From Dehalococcoidia bacterium (GTDB taxonomy: Bacteria; Chloroflexota; Dehalococcoidia; Bin125), in NCBI GenBank assembly GCA_963663235.2, contig CAXXNO010000004.1, forward strand, positions 800,001-864,000: a stretch of DNA of 64,000 bases. The letters are read 5' to 3'. The notes below the pieces were generated by a model. That model did not search any database, was not told the DNA's origin, and saw only the letters and a program-made list of their open reading frames with translations. This document shows, in pieces, positions 57,093-64,000 of this stretch. A program made the position numbers and the translations under genes. Every line of letters starts with the position of its first letter. Position 1 is the stretch's first letter.

Positions 57093-57911
57093 TCAGGGAA
57101 AGCGGGGGAACTTGGAGAAGTCGGGTTTGCGCTTCTCCAGGAAGGCCCGCTGCCCCTCCTTGGCCTCGTCGGTGAGGTAGTAGAGCAGAGTGGCGTCACC
57201 GGCGAGCTGCTGGAGCCCGGCCAGGCCATCGGTGTCGGCGTTGAAGGCCGCCTTGAGAAGCCGCAGCGCCATGGGGCTTTTCTGGAGGATCTCGCGGCAC
57301 CAGTCGATCGTCTCCTCCTCCAAGCGGTCGAGCGGGACGACGGCGTTGATCAGGCCCATTTCGAGCGCCTCCTGCGCCGAATACTGGCGGCAGAGGTACC
57401 AGATCTCGCGGGCCTTCTTGTGCCCCACGATGCGGGCGAGCAGGGTTGAGCCGTAGCCACCGTCGAAGGAGCCGACCTTGGGGCCCGTCTGTCCGAAGAC
57501 GGCGTTGTCGGCGGCGATGGTGAGGTCGCAGACGATGTGCAAGACGTGTCCGCCGCCGATGGCGTAGCCGGCCACCATCGCGATCACCGGCTTGGGAATG
57601 GTGCGGATCTGACGTTGTAGCTGGAGCACGCTCAACTCGGGCGTGCCGGCATCGTCCACATACCCGCCCTCACCGCGGATGCGCTGGTCCCCGCCGGAGC
57701 AAAACGCTTCGCGTCCCGCGCCGGTCAGGACGACGACGCCGACGTCCAAGTCCAAGTGCGCGCGCGAGAAGGCGTCGCGGAGCTCGGCCAGGGTCTTGGG
57801 CCGGAACGCGTTGCGCACCTCGGGGCGGTTGATGGTGATCTTGGCGATCCCATCGGCGCGCTCATAGAGGATGTCGTCGTAATCGTGCTGCCGTTGCCAA
57901 GCGATCGCCAT
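57093..57911 (-). CDS. menB: 1,4-dihydroxy-2-naphthoyl-CoA synthase
   Basis: [46 protein letters not shown]. Confidence 0.97.
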   Translation of the reverse strand: MAIAWQRQHDYDDILYERADGIAKITINRPEVRNAFRPKTLAELRDAFSRAHLDLDVGVVVLTGAGREAFCSGGDQRIRGEGGYVDDAGTPELSVLQLQRQIRTIPKPVIAMVAGYAIGGGHVLHIVCDLTIAADNAVFGQTGPKVGSFDGGYGSTLLARIVGHKKAREIWYLCRQYSAQEALEMGLINAVVPLDRLEEETIDWCREILQKSPMALRLLKAAFNADTDGLAGLQQLAGDATLLYYLTDEAKEGQRAFLEKRKPDFSKFPRFP

Positions 57912-57929
57912 AGGCCGTTCCTTTGCCCC

Positions 57930-58547
57930 TCAGCGCTCCGCCGACACGGTGTCGGTCGCGGCGCCCACGCTGCGCAGGAGGAGGAGGCGTAGCGTGGGAA
58001 AGAGATCCTCCAGCCGCCCCGGGGACGGCGTCAGGAGCCAGCGCGCCAGCACGGCGTTGAGGATGCCGACCCAGGCCTGAGCCGTCACCCCGGTGTCAAT
58101 CGGTTCGATCACGCCATCCGCCACCGCCTGATCCAGCTGCTCCTGAATCACCGCTTCGAATTGTTGCTGGATCACGAGCATGCGCTGATTGAAGCGGGGC
58201 CCGGCTCCCAGCGCTTCGATGGCGAAGACGCGCGCCAGGGTGCGGTGCTTGCCCAGCGTGCGTAGCAGCACCAGCAAGGCCGCCGTGGCTTTGGCGACGG
58301 GGTCGGTTTCTGCGTCCATCGCGGTGCGCAGCTTGCCCATCAGCAGCGTCGCCGTGTGGTCCAGCAGCGCGAACAAGAGCGCTTCCTTGCCGGGGAAGTG
58401 AAAATACAGCCCGCCCTTCGACGTCCCAGCGGTGAGGGCGATCTCGTCGATGGCGGCGTCGCTGTAACCGCGCCGCGCGAAGACCTTTGCGGCCGCGGAC
58501 AGGATCCGTTGCTGGCGATCGCGGGCGCGGGCTTGCTGGACAGGCAT
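57930..58547 (-). CDS. TetR/AcrR-family transcriptional regulator, first gene of the tetR-menB-menA-menE operon
   Basis: RILSAAAKVFARRGY...IDEIA..AGTSKGGLYFHFPGKEAL HTH; start ATG 58547. Confidence 0.92.
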   Translation of the reverse strand: MPVQQARARDRQQRILSAAAKVFARRGYSDAAIDEIALTAGTSKGGLYFHFPGKEALLFALLDHTATLLMGKLRTAMDAETDPVAKATAALLVLLRTLGKHRTLARVFAIEALGAGPRFNQRMLVIQQQFEAVIQEQLDQAVADGVIEPIDTGVTAQAWVGILNAVLARWLLTPSPGRLEDLFPTLRLLLLRSVGAATDTVSAER

Positions 58548-58557
58548 GGATGTGCAA

Positions 58558-58579
58558 AAACCGACTGAGCCGTCGGTTT
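58558..58579. promoter_or_regulatory. Putative TetR operator AAACCGAC-N6-GTCGGTTT between tetR and menG
   Basis: Palindrome; flanked by overlapping -10-like hexamers, TAGCGT (minus, 58585-58590) and TACGCT (plus, 58584-58589). Confidence 0.8.
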
Positions 58580-58646
58580 CAGCTACGCTAGCAAACAGCC
58601 CCGAGGCGAACAAGGCCCTCGTGACGCCGACGGCCCGGGATGGCGC

Positions 58647-59399
58647 GTGTCCGAACCGTCCTCCGACCAGGTGAACGCCCGGCAGATCCAGGCGATGTTC
58701 AGCCGGATCGTGCCGCGCTACGACCGGATGAACCGCTGGATGACCTTGGGGCTGGACGGCCGCTGGCGGCGCGCGGCCGCGCGGAAGGCCGAGCCGGAGG
58801 ATGGCTGGGCGCTGGACCTGGGCGCCGGCACCGGGGACCTCAGCCGCGCCTTGCACCAGGCCGGGGCGCGGCGGGTGGTCTCGGCCGACTTCTCGCGGCG
58901 GATGCTGGTGGCGGGACAGGCCAAGGCGGCAGCGGGGCACCATCGCCAACCGAGCTGGCTGCTGGCCGACGCGCCGGCGCTGCCGTTCGCCGACGACACG
59001 TTCGACGCCGTGGTCAGCGGCTTCTTGCTGCGCAACCTGGTGGACCTCCCCGCGGGCCTGAGCGAGATGATCCGGGTTCTCAAGCCGGGCGGCCGCCTGG
59101 TGGCGCTGGACATTACCCACCCGCCGGCGGGGCCGCTGGCCGCGATTACCCGGGGCACGTTCCACCGGCTGGTCACGCCCCTGGCGGGGCGTTTGAGCGG
59201 CGATCGCGACGCGTATCGCTATCTGGCCGAATCGCTGAGCGGCTTCCCGGAGGCGCCCGCCCTGGCAGCGCTCATCGCGGAAGCGGGCGGGCAGGAGGCG
59301 GGATTCCAGCGGCTGGGCGGCGGCGCCATGGCGCTGCACTGGGCCCGTAAAGCTGCAGGGAGCCCCGGCGGAAGATCACAGGGAAGCCCGGCGGCGTGA
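58647..59399 (+). CDS. menG: Demethylmenaquinone methyltransferase (UbiE/MenG)
   Basis: MFSRIVPRYDRMN, LDLGAGTGD, LPFADDTFD, LRN, RVLKPGG, AYRYLAES. Confidence 0.9.
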   Translation: MSEPSSDQVNARQIQAMFSRIVPRYDRMNRWMTLGLDGRWRRAAARKAEPEDGWALDLGAGTGDLSRALHQAGARRVVSADFSRRMLVAGQAKAAAGHHRQPSWLLADAPALPFADDTFDAVVSGFLLRNLVDLPAGLSEMIRVLKPGGRLVALDITHPPAGPLAAITRGTFHRLVTPLAGRLSGDRDAYRYLAESLSGFPEAPALAALIAEAGGQEAGFQRLGGGAMALHWARKAAGSPGGRSQGSPAA

Positions 59400-59500
59400 G
59401 CCCCGTTGCGAGATATACACTACCCTATACGACATATAGACGCGGTCGATAGAACGTGGGTCGGCCACAGACCGCATCCCCCAATGGAGGGGTCATCAGC

Positions 59501-61240
59501 ATGAGCGAGGTCACCTACACCATCGGTGGGGAGGCCGGGCAAGGCGTGGAGTCGTCGGGCGCCGGGTTCGCGCGTGCGCACGCGCGGGCCGGCTACCACG
59601 TCTTCGCCCTCCAGGAGTACGAGTCCCGGATCCGCGGAGGCCACAACATCTACCAGGTGCGCGCCTCCGACCAGCCGGTGCGGGCGCACAGCCGCCACCA
59701 CTCCGTGCTCATCGCGCTGGACGATGACACGATTCCCAACTGCCTCAAGGACGTACGCCCCGGCGGGGCGGTGATCTACGACGCGGAGCGCAAGGACGTC
59801 GACGCCGCAGCGATTGAGGCGGCCGGGGCGCGCGCGGTGGGGGCGCCGCTGAAGGAGATCGCGACGACCGTGGGCTCCGACAAGATCATGGCGAACACCG
59901 TGGCGCTGAGCATCGCCTCGGCGCTGAGCGGCTTCGACTTCGCCGCCGTCGAGGAGGTCATCCGCGAGAACTTCGCCCGCAAGGGCGAGGCCGCGGTGGA
60001 CACCAACCTGGCCGTGGCGCGCGCCGGCTACGAGTGGGGCTTGCAGCACGTGGACGACTTCCCCCACCGCCTGCCGCCGGCGCCGAACGGCAACGGCCGC
60101 CCCATGCTGGTGCACGGCAATCAAGGCGTGGTGCTGGGGGCGATCGCCGCCGGCTGCAAGGCCGTGGGCGGCTACCCAATGACGCCGTGGTCCAGTGTGC
60201 TGGAATACCTGACGGAGAGCCGCAACCTCGGCATCGTGGCGCAGCAGACGGAGGATGAGATCGCGGCGATCTCGTTCGCGCTGGGGGCGTCGTGGGGGGG
60301 AGCGCGGGCGCTGACGGGATCGTCCGGCGGCGGCTTCGCCTTGATGGTGGAGCACCTTTCCCTGGCGGGCATGAACGAAGTGCCGTTGGTCGTTATCGAG
60401 GTGCAGCGGGCCGGGCCCGCCACGGGCCTGGCGACGCGCTCGGAACAGTCCGATCTGTTGTTCGCGCTCCACGCCGGACACGGCGAGTTTCCCATGATTG
60501 TCACCGCGCTCAAGGATCCGGTGGACGCGTACTACCGCACGGCCCGCGCCTTCAACCTGGCCGAGCAGTACCAGTGCGTGGTGATGGTGCTCAGCGACCT
60601 GCACACTTCCAACTCGCTGCTGTCGGCGCCGACGGCGGCGATGGACTACGACACCGTCGTCGCGCAGATCGACCGGGGCAAGACGTTGACGCACGAGCAG
60701 TTGGATGACATGCCGAACGGCTACGAGCGCTACGCCTTCAGCGAAGACGGGATCAGCCCCCGCGCGATCCCGGGGCACGCCAATGCGCTGGTGCACGGCA
60801 TGTCCGACGAACACGACGAGTCGGGCGCGATCACCGAGGAGTCGATCAATCGCACGAAGATGGTGCAGAAGCGGATGCGGAAACTGGACGGCGCGCGGGA
60901 GCAGATGGAGCCTCCTGAGGTGTACGGCCCCGCCACGGCGCCGCTTTCGATGGTCGGATGGGGAGGCACCTACGGCACCCTGCGGGAAGTGGTGGACCGT
61001 TCAGACGGCCGGGTGAACCTGATCCACTACACAGACCTGCAACCGTTCCCCGCCGAGGGCGCCCGGCCGTTGCAGGAAGCGAAGCGGCTGGTGGCCGTGG
61101 AGCAAAACTTTACCGGGCAACTGGCGCGCTACCTGCGGGCCCAGACCGGGATCGAGATCAGCCAGAAGATCATCAAGTACGACGGCCGGCAGATGAGCCC
61201 GGAATGGGTTCTGGAGCGGCTAGAGGGGATTGCCGGATGA
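59501..61240 (+). CDS. 2-oxoacid:ferredoxin oxidoreductase alpha subunit
   Basis: GGEAGQG, YESRIRGG, YPMTP, EDEIAA, SSGGGFALM, QRAGPATG; GGAGG RBS. Confidence 0.93.
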   Translation: MSEVTYTIGGEAGQGVESSGAGFARAHARAGYHVFALQEYESRIRGGHNIYQVRASDQPVRAHSRHHSVLIALDDDTIPNCLKDVRPGGAVIYDAERKDVDAAAIEAAGARAVGAPLKEIATTVGSDKIMANTVALSIASALSGFDFAAVEEVIRENFARKGEAAVDTNLAVARAGYEWGLQHVDDFPHRLPPAPNGNGRPMLVHGNQGVVLGAIAAGCKAVGGYPMTPWSSVLEYLTESRNLGIVAQQTEDEIAAISFALGASWGGARALTGSSGGGFALMVEHLSLAGMNEVPLVVIEVQRAGPATGLATRSEQSDLLFALHAGHGEFPMIVTALKDPVDAYYRTARAFNLAEQYQCVVMVLSDLHTSNSLLSAPTAAMDYDTVVAQIDRGKTLTHEQLDDMPNGYERYAFSEDGISPRAIPGHANALVHGMSDEHDESGAITEESINRTKMVQKRMRKLDGAREQMEPPEVYGPATAPLSMVGWGGTYGTLREVVDRSDGRVNLIHYTDLQPFPAEGARPLQEAKRLVAVEQNFTGQLARYLRAQTGIEISQKIIKYDGRQMSPEWVLERLEGIAG

Positions 61241-62133
61241 CGACCGCGACCGCGCCCGTCACCCTGAAAGCGTACAAGCCGCTGTTCGCGGCGGAGAACA
61301 CCTGGTGCGTCGGCTGTGGGGACTATGGCATCCTGGCGGCGATCCAGCAGGCGCTGGTGCAGCTGCAACTGCCCCCGCACCGCGTGATGGTCTTCTCCGG
61401 CATCGGCTGCGGATCGAAGCTGCCGGACTACCTGCAGTGCAACGGCTGGCAGACGCTGCACGGCCGGGCGCTGCCCGCCGCCCAGGGCTTCCGCCTGGTC
61501 CAGCACGACATGACCGTGCTGGCAGTGACCGGCGATGGTGACGGCCTGGGCGAGGGCGGCAACCACTGGCTGCACGCCATGCGCCGGAACGTGAACTTCA
61601 CACACCTCGTGGAGAACAACCAGACCTACGGGCTCACGAAGGGGCAGGCTTCGCCGACGTCCGATCCAGGCTACATTTCCAGCACCACGCCCGAGGGCTC
61701 GGTGGAGTACGCCATGAACCCGGTGGCGGTTGCGCTGGCGGCGGGGGCAACCTTCGTCGCGCGGGGATTTTCCGGCAACGTGAAGCAGTTGCGGGACCTG
61801 ATCGCGGCGGCGATCGAGCACCCCGGGTACGCGATCATCGACATCCTACAGCCCTGCATCACCTGGAACCGCGTGGAATATACGTTCAAGTGGTTCCGCG
61901 AGCGCGTCTACGACCTGGCCGAGGATCATGACCCGCAGGACCAAGTCGCGGCCTTCGCCCGCTCGTTGGAGTGGGGGGACCGCATTCCCGTCGGCGTGTT
62001 CTACCGGACGGATCGCGCGAGTCTGGATTCACAGACCCCCGCGATCCAGATGGAGCCCGACCGCGCCGTGGCCCTGCGCGACCTGCCGGTCGACCGTGAG
62101 CAGTTCGAAGCGCTGAAGGCCGCCCTCACCTAG
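61237..62133 (+). CDS. 2-oxoacid:ferredoxin oxidoreductase beta subunit
   Basis: WCVGCGD, SGIGC, LHGR, GDGD, NNQTYGLTKGQASPT, ILQPC; ATGA overlap with the alpha subunit. Confidence 0.93.
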   Translation: MTTATAPVTLKAYKPLFAAENTWCVGCGDYGILAAIQQALVQLQLPPHRVMVFSGIGCGSKLPDYLQCNGWQTLHGRALPAAQGFRLVQHDMTVLAVTGDGDGLGEGGNHWLHAMRRNVNFTHLVENNQTYGLTKGQASPTSDPGYISSTTPEGSVEYAMNPVAVALAAGATFVARGFSGNVKQLRDLIAAAIEHPGYAIIDILQPCITWNRVEYTFKWFRERVYDLAEDHDPQDQVAAFARSLEWGDRIPVGVFYRTDRASLDSQTPAIQMEPDRAVALRDLPVDREQFEALKAALT

Positions 62134-62245
62134 CCTTGCGTCCCTGGCGCCGACCGCCGACTTGCGCGAGTATTAAGGCTGCCCGCGTGCGTCGCGCGGC
62201 GGGCTCAACCCCGTCTCGACCATCTCGAAGAAAGGCCAGGCCCGG

Positions 62246-63097
62246 ATGCGATACGGCGTCACGATGTTCATCACCGACAAAACGATGCCCGTCCCCGCGC
62301 TGGCACGGGCAATAGAGGAGCGCGGGCTCGATTCGCTCTGGATGCCGGAGCACCCGCACATTCCGTCGCAGCGGGTGACGCCCTTCCCCGGCACGGAGAG
62401 CATCGAGATGCCGGAATGGTACTTCCGCTCTTACGACCCGTTCGTGGCGCTGAGCGTCGCCGCGGCCGTCACCACGACGCTGAAGGTGGGGACGGCGATC
62501 TGCCTAGTGAACGAGCGGGAGCCGATCGTCATGGCGAAGCAAGTGGCCAGCCTGGACCGTCTCTCCGGCGGGCGCTTCCTGTTCGGAGTCGGCGCGGGCT
62601 GGCTGGCCGAAGAGATGGAGCCGCTGGGCACGCCCTTCAAGGAGCGCTGGCAGGTGGCGCGGGAGCGGGTGGAGGCGATGAAAGCGCTCTGGCAAAGCGA
62701 CGAGGCGGAGTATCACGGGAAGTACGTCGACTTCCCTCGCACCACGGTGAGCCCCAAGCCGGTGCAGCAGCCCCATCCGCCGATCTCCATCGGCGCCATC
62801 ACGAAGTGGTCCCGCCAACGGGTGGTGGAGTGGGCCGACGGCTGGCTGCCGCTGTTCTCGCCGCCGGATCAGCTGGCCGAGGACATGAAAGACCTGCACG
62901 AGCGCGCGGAGCGCATCGGCCGCGATCCCAAGTCGGTGAGCGTCACGCTGTACGGCACCAGGCCGGACGCCGAATGGCTGGACGCGTACCAAGAGATGGG
63001 CGTCGACAGCTGCCTCTTCGAGCTGCCCAGCGCGCCCACGGAAACCGTGATGCCCGTGCTGGATCAGCTGGCCACGCTGATCGAAGGGCGCAGCTAG
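62246..63097 (+). CDS. LLM-class putative F420-dependent oxidoreductase
   Basis: DSLWMPEHPHIP, DPFVAL, AKQVASLDRLSGGRFLFGVGAGW, PKPVQQPHPP. Confidence 0.92.
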   Translation: MRYGVTMFITDKTMPVPALARAIEERGLDSLWMPEHPHIPSQRVTPFPGTESIEMPEWYFRSYDPFVALSVAAAVTTTLKVGTAICLVNEREPIVMAKQVASLDRLSGGRFLFGVGAGWLAEEMEPLGTPFKERWQVARERVEAMKALWQSDEAEYHGKYVDFPRTTVSPKPVQQPHPPISIGAITKWSRQRVVEWADGWLPLFSPPDQLAEDMKDLHERAERIGRDPKSVSVTLYGTRPDAEWLDAYQEMGVDSCLFELPSAPTETVMPVLDQLATLIEGRS

Positions 63098-63145
63098 CGA
63101 GCGACAGACGCTGGACGCGCAAGCGCGGGCCGCCGCCGCCTACCT

Positions 63146-63811
63146 CTAGGGGACGGCGCCCACCGTGGCGTCGAGGATCGCGCCGTACTGGGGCGGACAG
63201 GGGCCGACGTCCACGCGGATCCGCAGGGTCGAGCGGCCGCTGCCTTGGATCAGGCGACCGCCCCAGCGGCTGGCGACGCGCGCAGTGGCGGGCAAGAGCG
63301 TGATGGTCGCGCCGGCCAGAGGCGGACCCAGTCGAGCCCGCAGCGTCTCGGGGGTCAGCGGCCCCGGCCACGAGGGTGGGGGCGCGTCCGCGTTGATCAG
63401 GATCTGGAGCGCGAAGGGGTCGCGGCCCAGACGACGGATCGCTGTGAGTACGCCAGGCTCGGCGCCCAGGATGCGGTCCAACAGCCCCGCCCAGGGAAAG
63501 TTGATCGTCACGAGGTCGGCGCTGCCGGCGAGCTCGGCCGGCAGGGACTCCAGAGCGGCCGGGACGAAGAGCACGTTGGGGCGGCCTCCCCTCGCCGGTT
63601 TGCGACGGGCTTTCGCGGCATAGGCCGCCGGGGCCTCGCGGTTGGCGTCCAGGCCCAGGCAGAGCAGATCGGGGTAGCGCCCCGCCAGGCGATAGGGGAA
63701 GGCGCCGTCGCCGCAGCCCACGTCGACGAGGGTGAGGCGGCAGCGCGAGGCGAGCGCGGTAAAGCGCCCGGCGCTCAGCTCCTCCACCGATGTTCCGACA
63801 ACAACATCCAT
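63146..63811 (-). CDS. KamB/NpmA-like 16S rRNA (adenine-1408-N1)-methyltransferase
   Basis: DVGCGDG, GLDAN, RKPARGGRPNVLFV.AA.ESLP.EL...AD...NFPW..LL and SRWGGRL, matching the recalled NpmA/KamB layout including both Trp residues. Confidence 0.78.
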   Translation of the reverse strand: MDVVVGTSVEELSAGRFTALASRCRLTLVDVGCGDGAFPYRLAGRYPDLLCLGLDANREAPAAYAAKARRKPARGGRPNVLFVPAALESLPAELAGSADLVTINFPWAGLLDRILGAEPGVLTAIRRLGRDPFALQILINADAPPPSWPGPLTPETLRARLGPPLAGATITLLPATARVASRWGGRLIQGSGRSTLRIRVDVGPCPPQYGAILDATVGAVP

Positions 63812-63879
63812 ACCGGCATCGCCACCCACACGCAGGCGCTGAGGTATCGTACCCTTCGCTCCGGGCGGAGGGCTGTCGC

Positions 63880-64000
63880 ATGGCGCGCAAGCGGCTGGTG
63901 CACCCGAGCGAGGACGAGGTCAACGAGTACCTCGACCAACGCGCCGAGTGGGCGATCCTGACCACCATTGGGCCGGATGGGTACCCGCACAGCGTGCCCC
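63880..64000 (+). CDS. Pyridoxamine 5'-phosphate oxidase-family protein (5' part only)
   Basis: MARKRLVHPSEDEVNEYLDQRAEWAILTTIGPDGYPHSVP; GGAGGG RBS. Confidence 0.75.
   Translation, partial: MARKRLVHPSEDEVNEYLDQRAEWAILTTIGPDGYPHSVP

Noticed and set aside
57930-59339. 469-aa TetR with a long N-terminal extension
   Set aside because: The extension is antisense to menG; the HTH begins right after ATG 58547, downstream of the operator.
1-64000. Mobile elements, prophage, defence systems, tRNA or rRNA
   Set aside because: No transposase, integrase, phage or defence motifs and no tRNA- or rRNA-like sequence recognised by eye; a covariance-model scan was not possible.

Overview
A high-GC, gene-dense bacterial chromosomal window of about 55 genes. 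The content suggests Chloroflexota/Dehalococcoidia (inference): F420-type LLM/PPOX enzymes, an RRM RNA-binding protein, the classical menaquinone pathway and many paralogous catabolic enzymes. No rRNA, tRNA, CRISPR array, transposase or phage genes were recognised. Main blocks: a CHASE3 poly-HAMP chemoreceptor (partial); a DEAD-box helicase and RRM protein; a cobalamin riboswitch with btuF; a catabolic region of tandem paralog pairs (2x hydantoinase B, 2x cyclase, 2x plus 1 fused CoA-transferases); a PKD/PPC surface protein with a hybrid kinase and diguanylate cyclase; an anti-sigma/ECF sigma/secreted-protein module; a split menaquinone cluster (menFDC, tetR-menBAE, menG); a 2-oxoacid:ferredoxin oxidoreductase; and a KamB/NpmA-like 16S rRNA methyltransferase. 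Most notable observations: (1) the same palindrome AAACCGAC-N6-GTCGGTTT, next to the same TAGCGT -10-like hexamer, precedes both men blocks, suggesting a TetR-controlled menaquinone regulon; (2) a circularly permuted CcdA; (3) an identical ECF-type promoter CTGTAACG-N13-CGTGTC in front of the anti-sigma/sigma operon and of a secreted protein with Asp/Cys-rich repeats; (4) tandem repeats starting right after -10-like boxes in 5' leaders; (5) apparent frameshifts next to coding repeats. All assignments were made by eye from motifs; no database searches were run.
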